DNA of 64,000 nucleotides from Octopus bimaculoides (lineage: Eukaryota): positions 120,740,407-120,804,406 of the forward strand of contig NC_068981.1 of the NCBI RefSeq assembly GCF_001194135.2, written 5' to 3'. Made by a program: the position numbers and the translations under genes. Shown in pieces: positions 24,581 through 37,691 of the stretch. The notes beneath the pieces are model-generated. The model was not told the DNA's origin and made no database searches. It saw only the letters and a program-made list of their open reading frames with translations. The number at the start of each line of letters is the position of its first letter. Position 1 is the stretch's first letter.

Positions 24581-25273
24581 ACATATATATATATATATAT
24601 ATGCAACATATTCTTTTAATACTTTCAGTCGTTGGACCATGGCCATGCTGGAACCCTTCCTCCTAGGTTTTTTTATTTATCATATTAACACCATTATGTG
24701 TTCAAGTTTGATAATTATTTTACTCATAACTATTTGTGGAACTGCTATGTTATGGGATACAAAAAGCAACAACATTGGTTTTTAATCAGTGGAGATACAC
24801 ACATGAACATGTATACACACACGCACACACACACATGCACACAGGCACACATGCACACACATAAGAGGAATTGTTACTTATATGCAATTCTCTCTCTTTC
24901 TCTATCTATCTATTTCAGTAGCTTCTTATGGAAATTCATTTAGGCGTATAATCGGACATGTTCCACTATATTATCGCATGAATGAAGCTTATTCTTCCTA
25001 CTTTCTAAAGAATGCAGTCTGCTAAATTGAAACTAAGTAAATAATTGTTATTTCTGTTACTTTATGAAGGGATTCCTTTAAATGCTAGGTATAATAATTA
25101 TAATCTCTCTATTGGCTGTTGTGCAAATATGACTTATCACATGAGTAATTTCCCTCTCTGCTTCTCTACCACTCCATATATGCCACTCTCCTTTAGTCGT
25201 AGTTATGAATGTATTCTTTTATATGGTTCAGCCATTAGACTGTGGCTGAAACATATATGTATGTGTGTATATA

Positions 25274-26165
25274 CAGTGGGGGGAAATAATATTCGTACAT
25301 GTCAAAATTCTTTATTTATTTAATTTCTAATGAACATAAATGGGATATACCGATACTATATTTGCATACACATATATAAACTAAGAATATGCAAAAGAAA
25401 CTAATAAATTATAGTAACTGATGAATTTATATACAATTATAAATATTTAGGGGTGAAAAAAGTATTCGTACAGAACATAAATAACTGATAATTCTGATTT
25501 AATACTTCGTAGCATAACCATTATTCAGCTCCACTTCAACCAATCTCTTCTTATGGTTCTTAATCAATGACTTGCATGTTTCTTTAGGAATTTTTTCCCA
25601 TTCTTCTTGACAAATTTTCTTCAATACTGGAATGCACATTGGGGCTCTTGAATGAATTTTAATTTTCAAATAACGCCACAAATTCTCAATGGCATTCAAG
25701 TCAGGTGACTGGCTTGGCCATTCTAATAATTTTATATTGTGATTGACAATCCATTTTTGGTAACTTCACCGTGTGCTTAGGGTCGTTATCCTGTTGTAAA
25801 ACCCACTCTTCACAAAGCTGGAGCTTTTCTACAGAGTCTCATAAATTATTGTTCAAAATATTTTGGTACATCTCTGCATTCATTTTACCATCTATCACAT
25901 GTAAATTGCCAGTGCCATTTGCAGAGAAACACCCCTACACAATGATGTTGCCACCTCCAAACTTTACAGTAGGAATTGTGTTTTTCGGCGAATAGGTAGT
26001 ACCATCTTTCCTCCAAACATGGCTATGCGAATTTCGTCCAAACAATTCAGTTTTTGACTCGTCTGTCCAAAGAACATTTTCCCAGAATGTATCAGATTTA
26101 TCTTTATGTTCAGAGTTTCACGTTCCCGTTCGTTGGAGAGTTTTGTTATGATGCAACAGGCTCCC
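25274..26165 (-). mobile_element. Tc1-family transposon, 3' portion, IR/DR-type terminus
   Basis: WENVLWTDESKIELFG..TVKFGGGNI..QQDNDPKHT..NAIENLW..ATKY*; TA|CAGTGGGGGGAAATAATATTCGTACA at 25274 with internal direct repeat GGGGTGAAAAAAGTATTCGTACA at about 25450. Confidence 0.9.
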
Positions 26166-26299
26166 AATATTTAGTTGGTCCAAGTCCATAGTAGAAGACA
26201 CTTGCCCAAGGTGCCACACAATGGGAATGAACATGGAACCATGTGGTTTTTACCACACTTTTTTACAAAACAATCATGCTAGTGCCTATAGTATGTATA

Positions 26300-27200
26300 G
26301 TTATTTTTTTAGGCATAACCTAAATTTAGATACTGGTACCTAAATCTAGAGCTATGTCTAAGAAATTAACTATACATATAATATCAAAATTTAATTAGAA
26401 TTTGCAACAGGTTTTATGAATTCCATCCATCCTCTTATAATCTTTAGAAGCTTAGCTAATAATATTAGTAAGGCATATTCAGCTTATCTTTTGATGAAGC
26501 TTTAACAATACTGCTTGTTATTACAATCGTGCATTGAAAGATAGTAGCTTCAAAGATACTAAAACTCAACAATGCAAAAGTAGGAAATGAAAGGAAATAT
26601 TATATGATATATTCATCTATGTAACTCTAGCATGGGTCTGATGTCAGGTATTTCCAAAACCATATAAATAAGTATTTCCCTCTTGACCATAGATATAAAA
26701 TATTTAATAGAGAAAATGCTCTTGTAGACTGTAGTTGCAGACAAAATTTGACTGCTTCCTTAGTCAGTATAAACAAAAAGGGAAATGGGAAACTCTTCTC
26801 CTGTAATTTCAACAACCCAAATATCTACCCTGTTAATGTCATGCGTCATTCTAACGTATTAGTTTATTAAGCTAGGGCCTCATTTATAATGAAACAAAAT
26901 TAAAACTATTGGAGTTACTGAAAACCCCTTTAATAAAGATTCTCACAACATATATACAGATTCAAACATTTTAAAGATGTATCACCCTCACACTATCCAA
27001 ATATATTTGAAATTTAGAGGACGATAGTGTTAATTAACAATTACAAAATTGATTGACCCATGATACAGCATGGATCTTCCAGCAGGTGTGATCTTTGTTC
27101 TTTAGACTGAAAGGTTGGAATTGGTGAATTCTTACATCAATATTTTTTAGAAACCATTGAGGAATTTCCAAATAGTTTAGTTCCTAGTAAAATGGGTTTG
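26300..27200 (+). mobile_element. Penelope-like element remnant (RT thumb plus GIY-YIG), heavily decayed
   Basis: Manual translation with frameshifts: ITLNLDTG..HPLIIFRSL..YYNRALKDS..NII*Y..KYFPLDHRYKIFNR..CSC..VLVY*A..IGVTENPF..YKID*..RCDLC. Confidence 0.7.
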
Positions 27201-27532
27201 CCATGTTTTGAAAGATAGCTACATACTGAAACAAATAGCCATCTTCCTTGCTGTTGTGTGTTTTACATACTGAAGACATGAAAATGTCTCTGTTCTGTTT
27301 ATGAAAATTGAATAAAGAAAAATGATTGGCACATTTTCTAGGTTTTTTGTTTTAGGTTGGAGTTGAAAACAATCAAATCTTTGTGACTATTAATTTTTCT
27401 ATGTGATTATGAATATTTTTGTTTATATATTTGTCACATTGTTACTCTTTTTCTATAATTTAAATAATTATTCAGCAAGTATCTTAGAGAAATGATTCCA
27501 GAACTATTTTTGTAACAGCAGTGGCTTCTAAT

Positions 27533-27730
27533 TTAGGTACCAGGTCTGTAATTTTGTGGTGAGGGAATTAATTAGTATCATCATCCCCTGTACTTGACTG
27601 GTACACCATTAACCTTGAAAGGATGAAAGGCAAAGTTGATCTTAGTGATATTTGAACTCAGAACAATATGAGCCAGAAGAAATACCATAAGGCAATTATT
27701 CTGATGCTTCGACAGTTCTGCCAACTTCCT
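27533..27730 (-). mobile_element. SINE family B, old copy
   Basis: TTGAAAGGATGAAAGGCAAAGTTGATC...TTTGAACTCAGAAC. Confidence 0.65.
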
Positions 27731-27776
27731 GTTTTACTACTACTACTACTACTACTACTGCTGCTGCTGTTTCTAC

Positions 27777-27863
<87 letters not shown>

Positions 27864-28189
27864 TAATGTTGTATGCACTAAAACTAGTAGATATGCATAA
27901 ATACACTTAGACCTATACTCTCTATATATTCTCTGTCTGTGTATGTGTGTGTGTGATGGTAGGTGTATACACACGCACTTACAAATATACTTGCTCCTTC
28001 ATTTCTAGTAGAATTGTTAATCTCTTTATTATCAAACATCAGCTGAAGCAAATAAACTTCCGCACCATTTTATGTTCCCCAAACCCCAAAACTGTTTTAA
28101 ACGATATTCTATCTATATCCCAGATGACTGTGTTGTGCTGAAATTTTAGTCACGTAGATCTTCATAGGGAATATATAATAGCAGAACTA

Positions 28190-28266
<77 letters not shown>

Positions 28267-28834
28267 CATACACAAGAAGCAAAGTAGCAAGTTACAAATC
28301 TCTAAGAGATGAAGGTAGTAACTATACTGAGAAGTAACGTTTGTTGCCACTTCATCATGGCTGTTCCATACAAATCAATAAGTTGCTGGAAGTTAGTAGG
28401 GGTTTGCTCCCCCACTTGCAATATATATCAGGTTCAAATTGCATCAATAACCAGCTAGAGGAGACATCCTCTTGGGGTTAAAAATAGTAGTAATGTCAGT
28501 TTGCATAGAACAGCCATGATGAAGTAGCAACACATACATACAGACAGACAGACACACACACACACACACATTTATACTCTATTATCGACTTAAATACATG
28601 TATTGACTTAAATACATCATCATCTTTTAGAGGCTGTTTTTCATGCTGGCATGCATTGGAAAGTTTCACAGGGAACTGGTTATATAGTGCTCCAGTGACA
28701 TCTGTCACCACTTCACTGTCAAATCGTCTAACCCATGTCAGCATAGAAAGCAGATGTCAAATAATGATGATATATAAACATGGGTTTGTTATACATATAG
28801 ATTAATTAGAGGTTTGTTTTCAAACCATATAATT

Positions 28835-29075
28835 CCAGATTCACTCCCACCGTGTAGCACTTTGGGCAAGTGTCTTCTACTATAGCCTCAGGTCAGGAAA
28901 GGCCTTGTAAGTGGATTTGGTAGATGGAAGCAGAAAGAAGGCTGTTGTGTGTATGTGTGTCTGCCCCCTACCATCACTTGACAACCAGTGTTGGTGTGGT
29001 TACATCCCAATAACTTAGCAGTGTGACAAAAGGCAAAAATGATCAATAGAATAAGGATCAGTCTTACAAAAAAAA
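28835..29075 (+). mobile_element. SINE family A, partial
   Basis: GCACTTTGGGCAAGTGTCTTCTACTATAGCC...CCATCACTTGACAACCAGTGTTGGTG. Confidence 0.7.
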
Positions 29076-29124
29076 AAGAAAAATGTACTGGGAAGAGACA
29101 GAGCAAGATTCACCCAGTTTGATA

Positions 29125-31265
29125 TAGTTGACTTTTACCCGTCTATATCAAAAGGCACTTTCTTTTGCTATGAGCTTCACTGATGTTAACAATAGAGATA
29201 TAGAAGTCCTTATGCATGCCAGAAAGACAGTGCTGTTCAACAAAGGTTCGGCATGGCTCAAGCAATCTGACCCTATGGCCTTCGATAGCACTGACATATG
29301 TGACCACATCGGGTTGTATATCCTCGATACCCTTAGGAATAAGGGTATCTTCTGTCCTCTTTGGCCTCTACAGAGATGACCCCTGCTGGCCATCTCTAGT
29401 GGGAAAAATGGGCATATACTAGACATGTTTAGAAAAGATCTAATCAGCATGCTTGCCTCATGGGATTGAAAATCACCGTAGAGACCAACCTCACAACTGC
29501 AGTCTTCTCAGATGTCATGCTCGACTTAGGCTCCGGTACATACAGGCCCTACCACAAACCAAACGAGAGGCTAATGTACATCAACACAGCCTCCTGCTAC
29601 GCACCCATCATGTTCAAAAACCTGGTGAAGAGTGTTAGGAAGAGGATCATGAACCTTTCCTCCAACCAAGAGATTTTTGATGCAGCGGTCCCTTACTATA
29701 AGGAGGCCATAGCTGCCAGCGGATTTAGGGACCACTGAAATGCACCATTTTGAGCATGACCATTGCCAGTGCCGCCTGGCTGGCCTTCGTGGGATTTTCG
29801 AGCGAGATCGTTGCCAGTGCCCCTGGACTGGCTCTCGTGCGGGTGGCACATAAAATGCACCATTTTGAGCGTGGCCGTTGCCAGTATCGCCTGACTGGCC
29901 TTCGTGTGGGTGACACGTAAAAGCACCCACTACACTCTCTGAGTGGTTGGCGTTAGGAAGGGCATCCAGCTGTAGAAACTCTGCCAAATCAGATTGGAGC
30001 CTGGTGTAGCCATCTGGTTTCACCAGTCCTCAGTCAAATCGTCCAGCCCGTGCTAGCATGGAAAGCAGATGTTAAACGATGATGATGATGATGATCTACA
30101 TGCCGAAACCCAACAACCATAGAAGGAAGTGTCACAAAAATACTATTTGGTTTGCTCCCTGCTTCTCTCTAAACACAAAAATGCCTGTAGGTAGAATATT
30201 CCGTAAATTAATAGATAAGCATTTCACTAGCTCCCATAGGTACGGGCCCATTTTCAACAGGCACAACTTTAGTGTCTCTTTTAGCTGTGTACCCAATATC
30301 AAGAGCATTCTAGTTAGCGCCCCTAGGCCACAGGAGGAGGCAGGATGTTTATGCAGGGACTGCAACAGATGCTTGGTGGGAGGCCACGGCGAAACCAAAG
30401 GGGTTGTCTATGAAGCCGAAGTACTTGCAAACCCTGGCAATACCACTGCAGTAGCAGCAGTAGATATGGGAACAGAACCAGCAATGCTGCTACCATTGCC
30501 ACAGTTAACAACAATAATGACAATAACAATGACAGCATTGGCAGTTCCCCCAATGGCACTGATAACAACAAAAGCAACATCGCCATCAGCAGCAGCATTA
30601 CCAACAACTTCCCTAACATCCACAATAGCAGACATGACAGTCCCCAAAACAGCAGCAACAGGTCCAGTGCCACCAACAGCAATAATAGCAATAATGTCAA
30701 CAGCAGCAGCAGCAGCAGCGACAGTGGCCCTAGCAGAAACACCAGTAGAACCATAGCTAATGACATCTCTAGCAGCAGTGGCAACTCTCCCACCAATGAT
30801 GAGGGCCATGATGACAACAACAGCACCTTCACCATAATGGGCAGTGGCGATACCATTACTGATGCCACCACCACCTCCAGCGACACCTACACCAGTGGTC
30901 CCAGCTCCAACAACAATGACAGTGGCAGCAACAACAACAACAACACCAGCAGATACAGACAGCGCTAACAACACATGCCCATGGAGATATATTGGATGTT
31001 CCGATAACTCATTCAAGCAATGACCCTCCAACCACGGGTCCTTATTCAGAGTTCTGGAAAGGAGATACGTAACATCACTGGCCAGCCATGTCTGGCAACT
31101 GAGAGACGATGGGATTCTATATTCAATCAAATGGAAAATCCTCAAGAACCCAGGCCCCTACATCAATGGGACAAAACATTGCAAATTATGCATAGTTGAA
31201 CAGGCGAAAATCCTAGGAACATCGTTAGCTCCAGAACGGAGATTTTTGGGCCATGTTTACATTTC
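29125..31265 (+). mobile_element. Penelope-like element (YRDD-type RT, C-terminal GIY-YIG), interrupted by an RTE tail
   Basis: HARKTVLF..W..DICDHIGLYIL; GLYRDD; GLKITVETN..DVMLDLGSGTYRPYHKPN..YIN; IWFAPCFS..KLIDKHF..IFNRHNFSVSFSCVPNIKSI; CLC..CLVGG..VVYEA ... YIGCSDNSFKQ*..TSLASHVW..IKWKIL..PY..CKLC..E. Confidence 0.9.
29737..30095 (+). mobile_element. RTE 3' UTR inserted inside the PLE
   Basis: Separates SGFRDH from YMPKPN; ends GTTAAACGATGATGATGATG. Confidence 0.9.
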
Positions 31266-31544
31266 AGGAGGTTCCTTCTAGCCGTATGGAGCCCACAAGA
31301 TGGCAGCACTGCCTGAAGTCAATAGCCGATAACCAAGGGAGATAATCCCCATTATTACTTTTGAGTAGTGAAGCATTTCCTCCTTCATATTTTTAAGAGG
31401 CCTTGGGCCAACAGGTTTTGGCATCTGATGATATGCCATAAAGCTAAATCCTTCATGGATGGGAAACCTAAGGTAATCCCATAAACCAGCCTTCGCTGTT
31501 TTTAATATATATACATACACACATATAGATAATGTATTGAGATG

Positions 31545-31945
31545 AAATAGTGAAGGCCAGTCTGGATGAAGTATTCAAGACTGATCTCAAAATGCTGAAC
31601 CTTACAAAGGAGATGACTGACATATGTAGTACATTGTTGTACTTGAAAGACCCATCCACCACAACAAAATTGAGATCCTAAAGTCAAGGTGCCACATGAA
31701 AAGCATTGGTGTTGGTGTTAGTGCCATGTAAAATGCACTGGTGCTGGTGACACTTCAAAAGCATTGGTGCCATATAAAAATCACTCAGTACACTCTGTGG
31801 AGTTGTTGGCATTTGGGAGGGCGTCCTGCTGTAGAAACCAAGCCAAAACAAACTATGGAACCTGGTGTGGCTCCTGGCCTTGCCAGTTTCTATCACACTG
31901 TCCAACCTATGGCAGCATGGAAAATGGATGTTAAATAATGGGGAT
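31545..31945 (+). mobile_element. RTE 3' end with last codons of the ORF
   Basis: DEVFKTDLKMLNLTKEMTD followed by the RTE 3' UTR motif TTGGCATTTGGGAGGGCGTCC. Confidence 0.75.
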
Positions 31946-33565
31946 GCTGTGTGTATGTGTATTTTGGTCCTGGTTTGACAAAAAGTTTTCCAGGTTTTAA
32001 AATGTTAAGTACTGAAGTTGATTGGTACATCTTTCATGGTGGTGCTCCTGCATGGCCACAGTCCAGTGACAGAAACAGATAAAAGACAAATGATATACAC
32101 AAGCAATGTGGAGCTAATTCTCTGTGTGATAAGTGCATTTTCATGAAATCCTTAACTCCTAAGTCAATGATATTGTTTCTTAGTTATATTATGCGGATGC
32201 ACACACACACACACACACGGTACATACAGAACATGTTTTTATGTAATCAATAGCTGCCTTGCTGTAATTAATGATTTAATGGTAGTTTAGAGTCATGGAA
32301 TGTTAAATGAAAGGTCTAGATAATGTTTCCTGTGAAATTAGTGTTGAATTGACAGATTCTGGAAACACCCTTACCAATAAGCATGCAAAACAATTAAAGT
32401 TATTTACTCTTTGAGTCTTGTTATTAGATAATGTTGTCCCAGAGACACCGCATCTGCAAGTAAGGGCAGCATGTTCCTAATATTGGTCTGCTTAATCAAA
32501 GCTGACCTGGGGCAGGAACAGTAACTATCACCACTACCGCCATCACTACCTCTACCTGCACCAGCACTGCCTTATGTCATTGTCTTGTTTCATTCATTAT
32601 CAATGGCATTATCATAATAATTATGCACCTGATTGCTGTCATTGTGATGTTTGGTGTTGTTTCAACATTGGTCAGGTAAACCAGTGATGGAAGTCATACC
32701 AAGCACGAGTGTTCTTTGTCTTTGTTTAATCCCCTACCCCTTTCCCTCTTTGATAAACATGCATGTGTGTGTATATGTGTGTGTGTGTGTATGTGAGACA
32801 GTCTGCTTTTTATATTCATTTTAGCTCTACCCTTTTAATAATGTTACAGTTGAACTTTCATTTTAATGCAATTATTTACACAGGGAAGTGGAAATAAATG
32901 ATGACCCTCACTCCTAAAAATAAAACCATAAACATACAAACCAATAAGGGAAAATATGTGGTCAGCAGATGTGTTAGAATTCACAATCTACAGTCTTAGA
33001 AACAAAGTACTTGCTTCTTTTCTCCAATGTTAAAAGAAAAAAAGGAAACAAAATGATTCTATTTGATTTTAATTTTTAAATGATTTTAGATTAATTACTT
33101 TTTAGATCTTGAGTTGTTGTGCTGAAGAGCCCAGAATGAAAGTGAAATGCTACACTTCATGACTACTGAAAACTTTAATAAGAGATAGGAGAGTATTGTA
33201 GTTCGCTTGAAGCATTGTGTATTGTTTGTAAAGAATAAAAAGTTTAGGAAGGTATAACAATGCACTATAGAACAAAAAATGGACTATATACCTGTTGTAA
33301 CTTGGAATTATATGGTAATATGCCCTTTTCACTCTTTGATAATGATTTCTCAAGAAAAAGAAACTTAGAAATGATTCTCTCCTCTTAAGTAGCATACATA
33401 CTCTGTCTCTGTCTCTCTCTATCTCTGTCTGTCCATCTCTCTCTCTCTGTCTCCCCTTATGTAGCAGTTCCTAGTGAGCTAACCATATTGAATAGTATTC
33501 TAAATATACTCTGTCTACCATAAGGTCCAGGTCTTGTCACAGTATTAAGGCTTGTATTTGCTTAA

Positions 33566-33777
33566 CCCTTTCATTACTGTATTTATTTTGAGATGCTCTG
33601 TGTTTCTTTCAATTAATTTTAAATATAACAATGAATTTAGTAAAATAACTTAGTCATCATTAAGTTAGTGTTAGGAACATAAATTGTGACTAAGCTTTGT
33701 TGGAAGATTTCAATTCAGAACTTTTGAAAACAAGACATTTGTACTACAGGACCAGAGCCGGTTTGGTAACAAAAGGG
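33566..33777. mobile_element. piggyBac-like MITE (family P2)
   Basis: TTAA|CCCTTTCATTAC ... GTAACAAAAGGG|TTAA. Confidence 0.78.
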
Positions 33778-34013
33778 TTAATGACCTTGAGAGCTATACT
33801 ATCATAGTGCAAGCCCCTAATAGGGTTATCCATGCTGTACAGGTTAAAGGACAGAGGCCAGAGTAATGTGGATTATCTCTTTCCAGAGGTAAAAGTGGGT
33901 TTGCATAGGGGCCAGAACTCCTACTTAGTAAAAAACCAAAGTTACAGAAGCATTGATAGCAATTTAGAACCTAGCAAGACTTGGGAGAGTAAAAGACAGC
34001 CCAGAGATGTGAA

Positions 34014-34290
34014 CATCATCATCATCATGATCATTGTATAATGTCGGCTCTCCACACTGGCATGGTTTGGATGCTTTGGCAGGGAGCTGGCCAGACTCCA
34101 ACTGTCTGCTGTAGTACGGTTCCTACAGATGGATGCCCTTCCTAATATAAACCACTTAAAGTGTGCTGGGTGCATTTTTTGAGCCACTGGTACAGGTGCA
34201 TTTATGCAGCACTGGCACAGGTGCATTAACAGGTGGCACCAGCACCTGAAAGGACAACCTGTATGTGTGGGCCCCTGCTCCATAGGGAGT
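34014..34290 (-). mobile_element. RTE 3' UTR fragment, old
   Basis: CATCATCATC tail; GGATGCCCTTCCTAAT. Confidence 0.7.
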
Positions 34291-34794
34291 GAAGGGCTTA
34301 AGCCGGTAAAGTAAATATACGTTATGTCTGGAAATAAGATGAGGTGGTCATGGTTGAAATGCCCTTAGTCATAGGTCTGCTTGATCAGGGTTTAAGTGAG
34401 GACTAAACAATGCGATGAAAATGCTGCTGGACCATTACCAACTTATGTGTGTAGTGTTATTGTCATTAACTGCTTTTATTCTAATTAGTTAGAATTTGTA
34501 TTATCATTATTATTATTATTATTCTGCTTGTCACAACATGTGGTACTCTTTGAACAGCATTAACTATGGAATAGGAATAAAATTGAAGATATAATCAGAA
34601 TATTTAACTCAATGAAATAAGTTCAAATGATAGACTTTCAACATCATTAACTACAAGAATGAAATCTCCTCCTCCCTTCTCTTCCTGCTACTGTTCCTTC
34701 ATCTAGTGGTACTCATGGAAATTCCACATTTTATGACAAAGACAGACACAGACAGACACACACACACACGCATGTGTGTGCACATGTATATAAT

Positions 34795-34955
34795 GGATAT
34801 CTTTCAGTTTCTGCCTACAAAATACACTCATGAAGCTTTACCTGTCTCAGGGTTATAATAGTAAAAGATACAGGCCCAAGTTGCTGCACAGTAGGACTGA
34901 ACCCAGGACCTCACAGTTTGGAAGCAGGCTTCTTCAACACACAGCCATGCAAGCA
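34795..34955 (-). mobile_element. SINE family A, 5' half
   Basis: CTTTCAGTTTCTGCCTAC...GGACTGAACCCAGGACC...ACACAGCCATG. Confidence 0.65.
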
Positions 34956-35810
34956 TATGTTGAAATAATCTTAGAGTGCTATATTTTCAATGACCCTAAC
35001 CATGAAATTCACTTGAAGACAATCCAAATCTATTAACATAATGAAATATCTTCAGTAGTTACACTTTAAGCCATCTGAAGTGTTAAATGAAACCTAAAAC
35101 ATAATTGAATTCTTTAACATAATGCAACAGTGATAGAAAGAGCTATAAATATCTGTATCAAAATAGTGTAAGAACATATATGAAATGTAGTATTTCCTTG
35201 GGTCTCACTAGTTTATATATAATATCATTAGTAACTATTTAAATGTTGGTTAATAGCTAGCATAAATCATCACTGACACTTACAGTCGAGGCCTCAATTT
35301 AAATATTAGTCTATAAACTGTGAATTCCTTCAGTATTATGTGCAGTAATTTACATTTCTGACAATAACATTAAGCTGCGAAGAAGAGTGAGTAAAGAACA
35401 TTTTGAATAAAAATGTGTGAATGGTTATATGTGAAGGAAACAGTTATTTTTTTGTTAATTATGTTATAAAATAAAAGCAACAGAAATAATCGTTTTTAGT
35501 GGAACTGTTGGAAATTCCACATTTTATAGAATTTTTTTTTGCTTTTATTTTGGTACATAAATTTATATATTTTCCTAAAGTTATTTCATTAAGTTAAAGG
35601 TTTTTATGATAATGAGCTAGACAATGGATTGAGGTTATAGAAAAATTAGGATTTAGATGATTTATAGTGTTAGTAACAATATAATATAACAATATAATAA
35701 CATCATGTAGCAAATGTAAATTTAACCAGAAATATTTGAATAACAGCAAATAAAATATGAAATTTTTCTACTGTTTTTATTAGGACCTCATATTATACAA
35801 TATTTAGTTG

Positions 35811-36023
35811 TGAACAAGGCAGCGAGCTGGCAGAATTGTTAACATGCCAGGCAAAATGCTTTGCGGCATTTTGTCCATCTTTATGTTCTGAGCTTAAATT
35901 CTGCAAAGGTTTACTTTGCCTTTCATCCTTTCAGGGTTGATAAAATGAGTACCACTTGATCATCGGGGTTGATAAAATCAACTTTTCTAAAAAAAATGCT
36001 GGCCTTGTGCCAATATTTGAAAC
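35811..36023 (+). mobile_element. SINE family B, full length with 13-bp target-site duplication
   Basis: TSD CAATATTTAGTTG at 35798-35810 and 36024-36036; head GGCAGCGAGCTGGCAGAATTG; GCCTTTCATCCTTTCAGGGTTGATAAAATGAGTACC domain. Confidence 0.88.
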
Positions 36024-36281
36024 CAATATTTAGTTGAGGACGTTACTGTACATAGAGTTTCTTGCAAGATCTCTCCTCCCTTGCTTGTTAGTCTGCATAA
36101 CATTAACTCTGCTACCCAATGACTTCAGAGCTCTAGAAAAAGAGACATAATTGTCCATAACTGAACATTTTTCACTGGTTGCAGTAACTATATTCCTACT
36201 TAATCGAAAGTCTGACCTTGTGCTTTATTTATAGTCATAGAATATGATAGACATCATGAAATTAGTTCTTTTCCATTTTAA

Positions 36282-36501
36282 TTCTTTAGCATTCATATTT
36301 CTCTGTCAAATATAATGCTTATTTATTCACATTGTTTTGAAATAATCATGCATTATCTCATAGCTTCAAGATTTCAATGGTGTGTTTGTATATTCTTAGA
36401 ATGACATTGTGAGGTAGGTGTGAGAACTTTGATCTAGTCAGTCTTGATATATAACATTTAGAATATTTGGGCGGGATATGACCAGATGAAATGCAAAAGG
36501 A
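36282..36501. mobile_element. piggyBac-like MITE (family P1)
   Basis: TTAA flanks; interior aligns with 14916-15130. Confidence 0.65.
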
Positions 36502-36902
36502 TTAAATGATAAATTTGGGTAACTCAGTGCCATTTTAATTCTCGGTACCAAAAGTTGTCCAGTTAAGGTATTGTTTCAGCACAGTTTTGATGAAGGTTGA
36601 GGACACCAAGTTTATTGGCAATGCAATATCTTTCTTTAAAGGATAAATTATGCAGATGCTTCACAGTTACTCCAGTTTTCAAGCATGAAACATATGGTAG
36701 CATTCTAGAGGGTATGAATGAGTTCAAAAGTTTGATAGCGTAACATTCAGTTACCACTTGGCTATTACTACTTTAACTGTACTGAAACATTTTGGATAAA
36801 TTACCTGGAAGATATATCAGTACTTCTTTGTTTCTTTTTTTGGATGGGAGAAGAATGTGGTACCTTCTTTTCTTATTCCTGAACAGTAATAACGATAATA
36901 AT

Positions 36903-37112
36903 CCTTTCTACTATTGGCACAAGGCCTGAAATTGTGGGGGAGGGGACTAGTTAATTACATCGACCCAGTACTCAACTGGTACTTAATTTATTGACCCTGA
37001 AAGGATGAAAGGCAAAGTCAACCTCTTAGGAATTTGAACTCAGAATGTGAAGACAGATGAAGTACCACTAAGCGTGATACCCTGGTATGCTAACAATTCT
37101 ACCAGGTTCATC
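36903..37112 (-). mobile_element. SINE family B, full length
   Basis: (AAT)n tail, GGCACAAGGCCTGAAATT, TTGACCCTGAAAGGATGAAAGGCAAAGTC. Confidence 0.85.
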
Positions 37113-37691
37113 ATGTTATGCCTGCATCCTTGAAATTAGGCCTAACTCTGTTATTCTTTTTCTTGCTTTTTAAAGTCTTCATTTCAATTCCATAGTAAAT
37201 ATTGTTTAAATGCAAAAAAAGAATAAAATTATGATGCAAAAATTTGCAGAAACATAAAAAGATAAAGTAAAATTTGTATTGCAAGAAATATGTGTTTCTT
37301 AATGTTAGACTTGAACAATTATTTATAAATATTAAACCCATTTACCTTCATATTAAAAGTATAAATAACTTTTATTTTTTGCCCAGGATACTTCTTTGCA
37401 AAAGAAGACATTTTTTACTCTGGAGATTTTGAAAACAAACAGTACGTTTGTTTTAAGCAAAAGCACGTAAATGTGAAGTGAGAATAAAATTTGTAGTGCA
37501 AATATCTGAAGAAGTACAAAAAAAAAAAGAACTTTCCTTGGTGTCTTATTGACTGGTGAATCTTTGTTTCTGTAACCCATGGGAGTCGAAGTGTTGACCT
37601 TGTGTAAAGTGAATGTGTTTTCACAGACAGTGGCATAGTATGGGTTTTGGCCATCTTGTATAGTAACCAGATTGGCTGCCTCCTTCCTTAA

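Noticed and set aside
30323-31145. 245-aa and 187-aa minus-strand ORFs
   Set aside because: Antisense shadows of the RNY-patterned Asn/Ser insert in the PLE; no independent homology
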